Shown here in pieces: positions 1 to 8,905 of a DNA stretch of 64,000 nt. The DNA lies in the IMG/VR virus record IMGVR_UViG_3300028048_003164, positions 32,001 to 96,000 of that record, one strand, 5' to 3'. The translations under genes and the position numbers were made by a program. The DNA comes from a virus. Lineage: Duplodnaviria; Caudoviricetes. The notes under the pieces are model-generated. The model saw nothing but the letters and a program-made list of their open reading frames with translations, was not told the DNA's origin and searched no databases. The stretch's first letter is position 1, and the number at the start of each line of letters is the position of its first letter.

Positions 1-38
1 GCACCGTAGAGGAGGATGATGACTTTGAGCAGGATGAT

Positions 39-2747
39 GTGCTTGAAGATGACATTGTCAAAGAGGGCGACCTTTGGAAACTCGGAAGGCATATGCTGCT
101 ATGTGGCGACTCTACGAAGCAGGAATGCGTAAGCAGGCTATTCCCCAATGGGGAGCAGGCAGACCTTTGGCTTACCGATCCGCCTTATAATGTAGCCTAC
201 GGGTATGAGGAAAGTGGAAAGCAGCGCGCTGACGGTCTTGTTGTCCTTAACGACAAGATGAGCAACGATAATTTTGAGCTTTTCCTGACCGATGCCTTTA
301 CCGAGGCAAAGGCGAACCTTAAGGCTGGCGGCACATACTACATTTTCCATTCCGACTCCTACTCTTTCTACTTTAGGAAGGCTCTTATCAATATCGGTGA
401 CATGGACTTGCGGCAGAACCTTATCTGGAACAAGAACAGCCTTGTCCTTGGAAGGCAGGACTATCACTGGAAACATGAGCCATGTCAGCCAGCAGGTACG
501 CTTGTACAGACGATAGAAGGTATCAAGCCAATAGAGACCCTAACAAATAGAGACAGGGTTATTTCTTATGATTCGCTTAGTGGTCAGGTCGTCGGATATA
601 GAAACGGGGGTTATGCTATAGAAACGGCAAGCAGACACTACAATGGGCTGTTGTATTCCATTTCTGTAGGAGAACATACCACAAAAGCGACAGACAACCA
701 TGATTTCAGCATACGTTTCAATGGCAATTGCAAGAAAGCGTATTGCACTTATCTTATGCGTCGTGGTGATTGGTGGCGCGTTGGGCATACAAGAGCTTAC
801 GATGCACGTCAGTTTGGGTTAAAAAGCCGACTTTCACAAGAGAAGGCGGAGGAAGCTTGGCTTATTGAAATGTACGACAATAGGCTTGATGCCCAAGTAG
901 GTGAGCAAATCTTGGCGGTTAAATATGGTATACCTTATACCCATTGGGAGGTTGAGAGATGGATGACTGTCACGGAAAATGTACGGAATGAAAAGCAGAT
1001 AGCGGATATTTATGATGCGTTGGACTTGGAATTGTTAAGAGAAAATGCGTATCGTTTACTGCATGACTTTGGACGTTCGGAGCGTTTCCCGCTAATAACC
1101 AAACTGACTGTTGGACAGCGTTTCAGCACAAGGGTGACGGCTAAAATCAACGCTTGTAACCTTATCCCTGAACTGATGCAGGTGCCTATACCTACTGGCA
1201 ACGGGAAGGATAACCCAAATTTTACTTGGGAGGTTATAGAAAAGGTTGATTATAAGCCATTTGAAGGCATGGTATATTCCCTTGCCGTGGAGAAACATCA
1301 TCATTATATCGCAGACGGAATAATTACGCACAATTGCTTGTACGGTTGGAAGGACGGGGCAGCACACAACTGGTACTCCGACCGTAAACAATCGACCGTG
1401 ATAGATTGGGACAGGCCGACGAAATCGGTACTTCACCCTTGTCTTGACCCAACAACGCTCGTTATGACTATAGCGGGGTACAAGCCTATAGGCGAGGTTC
1501 AGAAGGGAGAGAAGGTTCTTGCAGGAGACGGTCGTTTCCATGACGTAGAATTTGTTTCCCGACATCCATACAACGAGCCGATATATAATATAAGGGCTGA
1601 AGGCTCAAATATCTATGACCGCGCAACTCATAACCATCCCTACCTCATTGCTCGCCGCAAAAAAGACGGGACATTTGATGTCGGCTTTATAAATGCTGAC
1701 AAACTGAAAAATGGTGACTATCTCATGACACCGCAAGTGGCTCATGGCTCGGAATCGCCCGTTACCGAGCTTGATGCATGGTGCTATGGTTTATGGCTTG
1801 CACAGGGAAGCATTCAGAAAGCAGGACATGGAGAAAACGAGTACCCTGTATTCTCTATCGATTCAAGAAAGAACGAATTAGAGGAAAAACTTTTCCTATG
1901 GGGTGGAGAAAAAGCCAAGACATATCCAAATGGTAGTGGAAATGGCATAAAAGTTATGGTCTTTGACAACGACAAGGCAAAGGATTGTGTAAAACTTTGC
2001 GGAAAGCATGCGGAGCACAAGACTGTATCCGAAGAGGTGTTCACTTGGAGTGAGGGATTACGTCGAGCTTTCTTTGAAGGGTATATGGCAGGTGACGGAT
2101 GTGTTATAAGCACCCGAGGATATCGCCATTCAAAAAGTGTCTCCATCGCCCTTGCATCACAAATCCGCTACATTGCGGAATCGTTAGGCTACCGCACGTC
2201 TTTCTATAAACGAGATCCGAAGGAAGGGGCTGGTATTGGTGATAGAAAATTCAAAACGATGCGCATATGCTATAGTACCGATTACAGGAAAGCAGAGGGA
2301 AATAAAATATTAGAGCCTTTTGAATATGAAGGTGTGAAGTATATACTGCGTCGTGTTGTCGATATAAAGACAGAGCCTTACGATGCTGATGTTGTGAACC
2401 TCTCCGTTGAGGGTAACCATACATTCCAAACGGTGAATGGTTGTACCCACAACACGATGAAACCCGTCGGCCTTTTCGGTTATCTTATGAAGAACTCTTC
2501 CAAGAAGGGCGATGTCGTCTATGACGGGTTCGGCGGAAGCGGAACGACGCTTATTGCCGCCGAGCAGCTTGGACGCAGCGCACGCGTTTGTGAGCTTTCA
2601 CCCCATTACGTGAAGGTTATAATTTTCCGCTACATTAAGCTGCGCGGCAATTATGCCGATGTATTCAGAATCAATCCAGACGGCACGCAGACGAATATCA
2701 TGGAAATCTTTACGAAAGAGGAACTTGACAATTTGTGTAATACATAA
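39..2747 (+). CDS. N6/N4 DNA methyltransferase (ParB-MTase type) interrupted by two inteins; probably 5'-truncated by the window
   Basis: LWKLGRHMLLCGDST, catalytic DPPY, HP|TMKP and SAM-binding VYDGFGGSGTTLIAAE motifs. The frame is open back to base 3. About 280 aa of extein remain in this ORF after removing both inteins. Confidence 0.93.
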   Translation: MLEDDIVKEGDLWKLGRHMLLCGDSTKQECVSRLFPNGEQADLWLTDPPYNVAYGYEESGKQRADGLVVLNDKMSNDNFELFLTDAFTEAKANLKAGGTYYIFHSDSYSFYFRKALINIGDMDLRQNLIWNKNSLVLGRQDYHWKHEPCQPAGTLVQTIEGIKPIETLTNRDRVISYDSLSGQVVGYRNGGYAIETASRHYNGLLYSISVGEHTTKATDNHDFSIRFNGNCKKAYCTYLMRRGDWWRVGHTRAYDARQFGLKSRLSQEKAEEAWLIEMYDNRLDAQVGEQILAVKYGIPYTHWEVERWMTVTENVRNEKQIADIYDALDLELLRENAYRLLHDFGRSERFPLITKLTVGQRFSTRVTAKINACNLIPELMQVPIPTGNGKDNPNFTWEVIEKVDYKPFEGMVYSLAVEKHHHYIADGIITHNCLYGWKDGAAHNWYSDRKQSTVIDWDRPTKSVLHPCLDPTTLVMTIAGYKPIGEVQKGEKVLAGDGRFHDVEFVSRHPYNEPIYNIRAEGSNIYDRATHNHPYLIARRKKDGTFDVGFINADKLKNGDYLMTPQVAHGSESPVTELDAWCYGLWLAQGSIQKAGHGENEYPVFSIDSRKNELEEKLFLWGGEKAKTYPNGSGNGIKVMVFDNDKAKDCVKLCGKHAEHKTVSEEVFTWSEGLRRAFFEGYMAGDGCVISTRGYRHSKSVSIALASQIRYIAESLGYRTSFYKRDPKEGAGIGDRKFKTMRICYSTDYRKAEGNKILEPFEYEGVKYILRRVVDIKTEPYDADVVNLSVEGNHTFQTVNGCTHNTMKPVGLFGYLMKNSSKKGDVVYDGFGGSGTTLIAAEQLGRSARVCELSPHYVKVIIFRYIKLRGNYADVFRINPDGTQTNIMEIFTKEELDNLCNT
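483..1334 (+). mobile_element. Intein 1 (284 aa) in the MTase, with an atypical central domain (possibly GIY-YIG-like)
   Basis: Starts KHEP|CQPAGTLV, block B ATDNH, ends VYSLAVEKHHHYIADGIITHN|C. Splicing restores KHEPCLYGWK. Confidence 0.9.
1440..2453 (+). mobile_element. Intein 2 (338 aa) in the MTase with a LAGLIDADG homing endonuclease
   Basis: Starts LHP|CLDPTTLV, block B ATHNH, LAGLIDADG-like helices YGLWLAQGS and FFEGYMAGDG, ends VVNLSVEGNHTFQTVNGCTHN|T. Splicing restores HPTMKP. Confidence 0.92.
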
Positions 2748-2778
2748 ATAAGAGATAAAAAACGGAATTTTTTAATAT

Positions 2779-3276
2779 ATGAGTATGGACGAAGAGTTAA
2801 AACTAAACAAGAAAGGCGACCGGAGAGGAATGACCGAAGGTTCCAAGAAGGGGCAGGAGCATATCAAGCCCCGCTGGAAGCCCGGTGAGTCCGGAAACCC
2901 GAAAGGCAGGCCGAAAAGCCGTGTGAAGGAGCTGATGGAAGGTCTTCTGACAGTAAAGCAGGTCAAGGAGAATACGATGCTTGATGACAGTGAGATTCAA
3001 GCTATCGAGCTGATGGTTCTTTCCCTTGATACGACCGCCTTACAGGCAATTGCAAAGAGTGAGAAGACACCAGTCTATATGCGTACCCTTGCGATGGCTG
3101 CAATGTGGGATATGAAGAATGGGAAAACGGGAACGATGAACCTTCTTCGTGACCGTCAGTTCGGTGCGGTTAAGAAGCAGGTGGACGTTACCACCAACGG
3201 AGAGAGCATGGCTCCGCAGTCAATGACCCCTGACGAGGCGAAAGAATGGCTGAAACGAATCGAAGAAAGCTGCTGA
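2779..3276 (+). CDS. terS: Probable terminase small subunit (DUF5681-like N-terminus)
   Basis: WKPGESGNPKGRPK motif and C-terminal VDVTTNGE; lies between the MTase and terL. Confidence 0.7.
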   Translation: MSMDEELKLNKKGDRRGMTEGSKKGQEHIKPRWKPGESGNPKGRPKSRVKELMEGLLTVKQVKENTMLDDSEIQAIELMVLSLDTTALQAIAKSEKTPVYMRTLAMAAMWDMKNGKTGTMNLLRDRQFGAVKKQVDVTTNGESMAPQSMTPDEAKEWLKRIEESC

Positions 3277-3277
3277 T

Positions 3278-3619
3278 ATGGGTAAAGAAAGATATATCCG
3301 TATTGGAGCTATCCCAAAAGATGAGAAATCGAAAGTATGGCGAGGCGGTGTTCAAGTCGGAGAGGAAATAGGTGTGTCATGCTATGATGCTCTGTTTTCG
3401 CACGGCAAATGGAATATTGTCATACCGTCACCAATTAACGAATCGAAGGTGTCAACTCTTTACGGGCTGTTGTCGCAGCTTGGATTGCTTTACAAGGTGG
3501 ATGACCCACAAAGAGCATACCTCGTTGAGGGAGACTATGTAGGAAATGGAGCGGACGGTGAGCCGCTTCTGAGAAACGTAAGGATTGTAGAGGATATAAC
3601 AGATGATTTGGCTGTATGA
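3278..3619 (+). CDS. Hypothetical phage protein
   Basis: 113-aa ORF tightly packed in the operon. Confidence 0.65.
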   Translation: MGKERYIRIGAIPKDEKSKVWRGGVQVGEEIGVSCYDALFSHGKWNIVIPSPINESKVSTLYGLLSQLGLLYKVDDPQRAYLVEGDYVGNGADGEPLLRNVRIVEDITDDLAV

Positions 3620-3996
3620 AAAAACTAAAGTTTGCCGTTCCACTCTATGACATCAATATTACCCTTGTTCAAGTAGAGTCGCCAGATGATGCGGACGATG
3701 TAAAAGCCTGCTGTGAGGAAATAGAACTGCTCCCAGAAGATGCGGAGGCGACATTGGAGTTCGTAAAGCAGGACAAGTGCGATGGCGGCGATACGTGGCG
3801 GAATTTTGATAAAGGGCAAATGTTAGTAATCTTTTATCGGATGACGAACGGAAGAATAAAGAGGAATCGTTACGGGCACGAGAAACGGCACGTGGAGGAC
3901 AGGATACTCCAATGGTGCGGAGTGAACGACATAGAGTCTGCTGCGTATCTCGCAGGATTCCTTTCCGAGCAGTTCGATGATTTCTATTTCAAATGA
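3616..3996 (+). CDS. Small HExxH metallopeptidase-like protein
   Basis: HEKRH followed by ESAAYLAGFL; ATGA overlaps with neighbours. Confidence 0.6.
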   Translation: MKKLKFAVPLYDINITLVQVESPDDADDVKACCEEIELLPEDAEATLEFVKQDKCDGGDTWRNFDKGQMLVIFYRMTNGRIKRNRYGHEKRHVEDRILQWCGVNDIESAAYLAGFLSEQFDDFYFK

Positions 3997-4388
3997 AAAA
4001 GGGGAAAATATACGAGTTTGACCCTATTCTCTATCCTCGTCTGTTGTGGATAGTCAAAGGTTCGGGGGATTTCGTCAGGGAACACTTTCGCAAGAAGGGA
4101 GGTGACGAACTGACGGAAGACGACGTGGATATGCGCTATGTCGATTCGTGGGTATGCAAGTGCGAGCGGAAATCCGACAACAGGCTCGGTATCGTTTTCT
4201 TTTTTGACACAGGGTTAGAGGCTAAACAGCTTGTTCACGAATGCTATCACGCCCTTACGGCATTTGTCAGCGAGATTAACGCCGACCTCCCAGACTATGA
4301 CAGTGACGGGATGGAGGAGTTTGCGGCATACTTGATAGAGTGGATTTTCGATTGCTGTTGGAAGGTAAAGCAAGGTAAGGTGAAATGA
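3993..4388 (+). CDS. Small HExxH metallopeptidase-like protein (paralogue of the previous gene)
   Basis: HECYH followed by EFAAYLIEWI. Confidence 0.6.
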   Translation: MKKGKIYEFDPILYPRLLWIVKGSGDFVREHFRKKGGDELTEDDVDMRYVDSWVCKCERKSDNRLGIVFFFDTGLEAKQLVHECYHALTAFVSEINADLPDYDSDGMEEFAAYLIEWIFDCCWKVKQGKVK

Positions 4389-6766
4389 CAGACACGGACA
4401 TTTTGAGGGCTTGGACGCTGAAGAGTTCCCTTAACTTCACAAGGTACTTCTTCAAGCAGAACAACGACATGAAGTTCATCATAGGCAGGCACCACAAGCT
4501 TATCTGTGATGCCCTTGATGATGTCCTTAACGGAAAATGCAACAAACTTATTATTAATTTGTCGCCGAGATATGGAAAAACGGAACTTGCAGTAAAGAAC
4601 TTCATTGCTATGGGGTTAGCCGTCAATCCTTCTGCCAAATTCATCCACCTCTCTTATTCTGCCAACCTTGCACAAGACAACTCTATTGCCGTAAAAAATA
4701 TAGTTCAAAACGAAGAATATCAACGGCTCTATCCTACCCGTATCACCTACGGAAAGAATATGAAATCTCAGTGGGAAACCGACCAAGGAGGTGGCTTGTA
4801 CGCCACATCTACGCTCGGTCAGATTACTGGTTTCGGTGCAGGTCTTGTCGAAAGGGAAGGTGAACCGTATCGTTTTGGTGGCGCAATCATTATCGATGAC
4901 CCTATCAAGCCGGAGGATGCCCTTTCCGATGTTGTCCGTGAGCGTGTGAACCGACGTTTTGAAACAACAATCAGAAACCGCGTCAATTCCCGTAACACAC
5001 CCATTATCATTATCATGCAGCGTTTGCATGAGCATGACCTCTGCGGCTATTTGCAGGAAATAGAACCCGACGAGTGGCGGGTGATATCACTGCCAGTTAT
5101 ACAGATAAACGAGAACGGAGAGCGTGAAGCACTGTGGCCATACAAGCATACGTTGGAGGAACTTGATAAAATAAATGCAGCGAACTCCTTTGTTTTTGAG
5201 ACGCAATATCAGCAGAACCCAACGCCGATGGAAGGTCTGATGTACGAACACCCGTTCAAGACATATTCAAAACTTCCGCCCGTAAAGCTTGGAACGATGT
5301 GTAACTGCACGGACTCTGCGGACACAGGTGCCGACTATCTCTGCTCAATCACCTATCTATCAATGAAGGATGGTTACTATGTTACAGATGTAATATTCAC
5401 GAAGAAAAGCATGGAACATACCGAGCCGTGGATGGCGCAGATGCTGGCTAAATGGGATGTTCGATACTGCGTCATTGAATCCAACAATGGTGGCAGGGCA
5501 TTTGCCAGGAACGTGGAGAGACTATCCCGTGAGTATGGCAATGGAAAGACTACGTTCATAACATTCACGCAAACGAAAAACAAACAGGTTCGCATCTTCA
5601 CAAGAAGCCAAGAAGTGAACAATCTGCTTATCTTCCCCGAGGATTGGGAGCGCAGGTGGCCAGAGTTTGCCCATATGATGAAATCGTACAGAAGAGAAGG
5701 ACATAATGCGCATGATGATGCTTGTTTTACGGCAGGAACTCCCGTGGCAACTATATGGGGAAATAAGCCTATTGAAAAGTTAAAGGTAGGCGATTATGTT
5801 TTAACCCCATTCGGAGTAAAGAGAGTCCTTGCATGTGGAAAGACGGGACATAAGCCTACGGTTTCGCGTTTTGGTTTGCAAGTGACTGAAAACCATAGAT
5901 TTTTTAGCTTAAATAGCTTTAAGCCAGTGATGGAATGTGAAGAAAATTCGTTATCTTTGCTTGGAATAAAAGAGCAATTGTTATGGAGATTCAGGAAACT
6001 ATTACTTTCAACGGAGTCGAATACCGTCTTGTGGGGTCGGGAAGGTATTATCTCAGCCAGTCAAAGACTAACGAGGGACGAAAAGGCGCAAAAAGCCTTC
6101 ATGTCGCAATTTGGGAGTTTTATAACCAACAAGAAGTTCCTAAAGGCTATTGCATTCATCATAAAGACCATAATACTTTTAATAACGACATCAGTAACTT
6201 GGAGTGTTTACCGATTAAGCAACACTTGTCGGAGCATAGCAAGAAGAATTGGCAATACGCTGAATATCGGAAAAAAATGGCAGATACCCAACAGAAACGT
6301 TGTGAGGCCGCATCAGAGTGGCACAGAAGCAAAGAAGGAAGGGAATGGCATAGAAAACACGCACATTGCGAGCGAAAACTGCGAGTCAGCATTTGTAGGT
6401 TCTGCGGAAAAGGTTTCCTGTCAAACAAAATCGACGCATGGTTTTGCAGCGAAAAATGCGGTGAGAACTACCGAAGAAACTATGAACTCAAATATACGGC
6501 TGTCTGTCAAGAGTGCGGCAAGGTATTTCAGTACGGAAAAGGATCAGCTGGACAACCAGATAGAAAGTTCTGTAGCCGTTCTTGTCACATCGCGAACAAC
6601 AACAGAAAACGCAAGAGACGTGTATAATATCACGGTAGAGGATGTCGGTTGTTATTATGCCAATGGAATTCTTGTGTCGAATTGTGATTGTGCTACTATG
6701 GTCATTGAAAGGGGAAGCCTTATCAGCGGCGCAAGCGATGAACAGATACTTTCGGATTTCTTATAG
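4385..6766 (+). CDS. terL: Terminase large subunit with intein
   Basis: Walker A LSPRYGKT, Walker B IIIDDP, MQRLHEHDL, YQQNP, nuclease motifs DSADTGADY, IESNNGG and HDDA|CD. Confidence 0.95.
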   Translation: MTDTDILRAWTLKSSLNFTRYFFKQNNDMKFIIGRHHKLICDALDDVLNGKCNKLIINLSPRYGKTELAVKNFIAMGLAVNPSAKFIHLSYSANLAQDNSIAVKNIVQNEEYQRLYPTRITYGKNMKSQWETDQGGGLYATSTLGQITGFGAGLVEREGEPYRFGGAIIIDDPIKPEDALSDVVRERVNRRFETTIRNRVNSRNTPIIIIMQRLHEHDLCGYLQEIEPDEWRVISLPVIQINENGEREALWPYKHTLEELDKINAANSFVFETQYQQNPTPMEGLMYEHPFKTYSKLPPVKLGTMCNCTDSADTGADYLCSITYLSMKDGYYVTDVIFTKKSMEHTEPWMAQMLAKWDVRYCVIESNNGGRAFARNVERLSREYGNGKTTFITFTQTKNKQVRIFTRSQEVNNLLIFPEDWERRWPEFAHMMKSYRREGHNAHDDACFTAGTPVATIWGNKPIEKLKVGDYVLTPFGVKRVLACGKTGHKPTVSRFGLQVTENHRFFSLNSFKPVMECEENSLSLLGIKEQLLWRFRKLLLSTESNTVLWGREGIISASQRLTRDEKAQKAFMSQFGSFITNKKFLKAIAFIIKTIILLITTSVTWSVYRLSNTCRSIARRIGNTLNIGKKWQIPNRNVVRPHQSGTEAKKEGNGIENTHIASENCESAFVGSAEKVSCQTKSTHGFAAKNAVRTTEETMNSNIRLSVKSAARYFSTEKDQLDNQIESSVAVLVTSRTTTENARDVYNITVEDVGCYYANGILVSNCDCATMVIERGSLISGASDEQILSDFL
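5952..5959 (+). promoter_or_regulatory. Candidate internal Bacteroidetes -7 promoter box for the nested HNH gene
   Basis: TATCTTTG matches TAnnTTTG and ends 23 nt before ATG 5983. No clear -33 box. Confidence 0.55.
5983..6627 (+). CDS. HNH homing endonuclease with C-terminal zinc-finger repeats, nested in the intein in another frame
   Basis: LHVAIWE...IHHKDHNTFNNDISNLECL...H (HNH_3-type) plus two CxxCGKxF...FCSxxC repeats. Frame offset 2 relative to terL. Confidence 0.9.
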   Translation: MEIQETITFNGVEYRLVGSGRYYLSQSKTNEGRKGAKSLHVAIWEFYNQQEVPKGYCIHHKDHNTFNNDISNLECLPIKQHLSEHSKKNWQYAEYRKKMADTQQKRCEAASEWHRSKEGREWHRKHAHCERKLRVSICRFCGKGFLSNKIDAWFCSEKCGENYRRNYELKYTAVCQECGKVFQYGKGSAGQPDRKFCSRSCHIANNNRKRKRRV

Positions 6767-6829
6767 GAATGACGAGGAATGATAAGATACTTTAGCATAT
6801 TTTTCTGCCGTTTTTTCGTACTTTATTCG

Positions 6830-6837
6830 TATCTTTG
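6830..6837 (+). promoter_or_regulatory. -7 promoter box for the luxS-containing operon
   Basis: TATCTTTG 17 nt upstream of ATG 6855. Confidence 0.6.
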
Positions 6838-6854
6838 TCGAAAAAAGAGAAAAT

Positions 6855-7115
6855 ATGGGATTTCATAGAGTATCAGCAACGAGAAACATGCGCACACCTC
6901 ATGCGCACCTCGATAGGAAGGATAATGGGGATATATATGCCGTTTACAAGTTGGGCTTCACCAAGAATGCATCACGCTTTGAGTATTGTTTCATAGGAGG
7001 GGAGTCAGGAACGTTGACTTTTGACGGGAATGTAATAGAGGCGCATCCGAAGTTCAAGAATATCGATGCATTTGAGGGATGGTGCAGAAAGTATTTAGCA
7101 GAACATGATTTATAA
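6855..7115 (+). CDS. Hypothetical protein
   Basis: First ORF after the promoter, with an A-rich leader. Confidence 0.6.
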   Translation: MGFHRVSATRNMRTPHAHLDRKDNGDIYAVYKLGFTKNASRFEYCFIGGESGTLTFDGNVIEAHPKFKNIDAFEGWCRKYLAEHDL

Positions 7116-7118
7116 GAT

Positions 7119-7313
7119 ATGAGAGTATTTTTTCAAGACCCAGACACGGAATATGTGATTTTCCATACGGAGGACAGTCCCGTAATACCGAACGTTGGAG
7201 AGGAAGTTCGGTTGGAAATGAATTGGTATAAAGTCGTGGAACGCACGTTCTATTACAAGCATCTAACCAATATGGATGATAATAGCTGCACTGTCTGGGT
7301 TAAACCTTTATAA
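7119..7313 (+). CDS. Hypothetical protein
   Basis: Operonic spacing. Confidence 0.55.
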   Translation: MRVFFQDPDTEYVIFHTEDSPVIPNVGEEVRLEMNWYKVVERTFYYKHLTNMDDNSCTVWVKPL

Positions 7314-7322
7314 TAATAAGCA

Positions 7323-7646
7323 ATGGCTACAGATGAATTAAAACAAGAATTGACTTCCCTAAACAAAAATGACCTTCTTTATTTGATAGAGGGTCTTATG
7401 GAAGATGGTGTGATAGACATCACGGATATTACACTATGTCACACAAGGGCACTTGAAAGCAAACTTGCTGCAAAGGACAAGGTTATCTTTGAGGCAGATA
7501 AGTGTATCTTTGAAAGCGTATTTACCGATTCTATAGGCAAACCTGCTGATAATGCAGCCCTGATGCGTAAGTTGGAATGGATGGAAAAGACGGGAATGCA
7601 TAATATGGACGGAATAATGGAATATCTAAAATCAACAAACAAATAA
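7323..7646 (+). CDS. Hypothetical protein
   Basis: TAATG overlap with luxS. Confidence 0.6.
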   Translation: MATDELKQELTSLNKNDLLYLIEGLMEDGVIDITDITLCHTRALESKLAAKDKVIFEADKCIFESVFTDSIGKPADNAALMRKLEWMEKTGMHNMDGIMEYLKSTNK

Positions 7647-8140
7647 TGGAAGCGATAGCAAGTTTTACGATTGACCACACAAAGTTAAAGCCTGGGATTT
7701 ACGTTTCCCGTGATGACAAGGACTTTACGACCTTTGACCTGCGCTTCACAGAACCGAACAAAGAGCCTGCCATTGAGCCAGCCGCCATGCACAGCATTGA
7801 GCACCTAATGGCTACGTGGTTCCGTAACAGCGAGGTGAAGGATGACGTGGTTTATGTAGGCCCGATGGGATGTTTGACGGGAATGTATATCATTATGCGT
7901 AAAGGGTATGACGTTTATAAGATGGCCATTCTGACTTTGAGGTGTCTGCGGTGGATAAGTGAACAGACGGAAGTACCTGCCACAACGCCAGAGACGTGCG
8001 GCAATTACCTTCTTCACGATTTGGAATCGTGCAAGTGGGAGTGTAGTAGGTATTTCGTCCGCCTTCTTAATGATTTCCATTGCGAGTACACCAAGTTGCA
8101 CGTCACGCTTGATGATGGAAAGGAGTTTGCAGATGCTTAA
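7646..8140 (+). CDS. luxS: S-ribosylhomocysteine lyase (AI-2 synthase)
   Basis: SFTIDH, TTFDLRFTEPN, metal-binding HSIEH, catalytic GPMGCLTG and CGNY all present. Confidence 0.96.
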   Translation: MEAIASFTIDHTKLKPGIYVSRDDKDFTTFDLRFTEPNKEPAIEPAAMHSIEHLMATWFRNSEVKDDVVYVGPMGCLTGMYIIMRKGYDVYKMAILTLRCLRWISEQTEVPATTPETCGNYLLHDLESCKWECSRYFVRLLNDFHCEYTKLHVTLDDGKEFADA

Positions 8141-8151
8141 AATAAAAGGCA

Positions 8152-8901
8152 ATGAAGATTCAATACGCATCAGACCTACATTTGGAGTTCCGTGCCAACC
8201 GAGAGTGGCTGCGTGAGAATCCGTTGGAAGTGGCAGGAGACATCCTTCTGCTTGCTGGAGATGTTATGCACATAGAGGATTGTGCTTGGTTCTGGGACTG
8301 GGCAGGAAAGAATTACAAACATGTGCTTGCCGTGCCAGGAAACCATGAGTTCTATGGTAGTAACCTTGCAGACTATGCTGAAAGTTTCGTTAAGCCAATA
8401 TACTCTAACGTTGCATACTATCAGAATAAAGTTGTTCGGATAGAAGATACGGATTTCATATTCTCCACGCTATGGTCTGACATTGCACCAGAACATGAAC
8501 TTTCTGTAAAATGTGGCTTGAATGATTTCCGAATGATAGAGTTTGGAGATTATAGACTGACTCCGCATGTGTATAGGCACGAGCATGAGTTCTGCGTTAG
8601 AATGATAAAGGAAATGGTCGAGGCATCTACCGCCAAGCATATCGTTGTTGTCACCCACCACTCACCGTCTCTGCTGACGATAGCAACGGAACACCATACA
8701 AGCCCGCTACGTTCAGCCTTTGCCACAGACCTACACTATCTAATGGAGGACGGAAGGATTGACTATTGGGTCTACGGACACTCGCATACGAACATCAACT
8801 GCAAGGTGTTCAATACGGAGGTGATATGCAATCAGCTCGGTTATGTGGAACACAATGGGCAGATGGCAGGTTTTAGGTTAGATAAATATTTCGAGATATA
8901 A
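8152..8901 (+). CDS. Calcineurin-like metallophosphoesterase
   Basis: SDLHLE, LAGD, VPGNHE, VTHH and YGHSH motifs. Confidence 0.92.
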   Translation: MKIQYASDLHLEFRANREWLRENPLEVAGDILLLAGDVMHIEDCAWFWDWAGKNYKHVLAVPGNHEFYGSNLADYAESFVKPIYSNVAYYQNKVVRIEDTDFIFSTLWSDIAPEHELSVKCGLNDFRMIEFGDYRLTPHVYRHEHEFCVRMIKEMVEASTAKHIVVVTHHSPSLLTIATEHHTSPLRSAFATDLHYLMEDGRIDYWVYGHSHTNINCKVFNTEVICNQLGYVEHNGQMAGFRLDKYFEI

Positions 8902-8905
8902 AAAT

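Larger units (their letters stand above)
5723..6682 (+). mobile_element. Terminase intein (320 aa) whose endonuclease is encoded out of frame
   Basis: Starts HDDA|CFTAGTPV, block B VTENH, ends VYNITVEDVGCYYANGILVSN|C (penultimate Ser rather than His). Inserted in the HDDxxD nuclease motif. Confidence 0.9.

Noticed and set aside
5983-6627. Sequencing frameshift as the explanation for the out-of-frame HNH
   Set aside because: It would need two compensating errors. Both frames are stop-free over 645 nt, and the HNH frame has its own ATG, stop and upstream promoter box.
6767-6830. Recombinase-type inverted repeats at the proposed inversion breakpoints (compared with 49740-49800)
   Set aside because: Only a weak AGGAAT-type similarity, not enough to claim an invertible segment.
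7646-8140. luxS/metK/pfs as host chromosomal contamination
   Set aside because: Each gene is flanked by, overlaps or shares a promoter region with phage-type genes, and no host housekeeping context is present.
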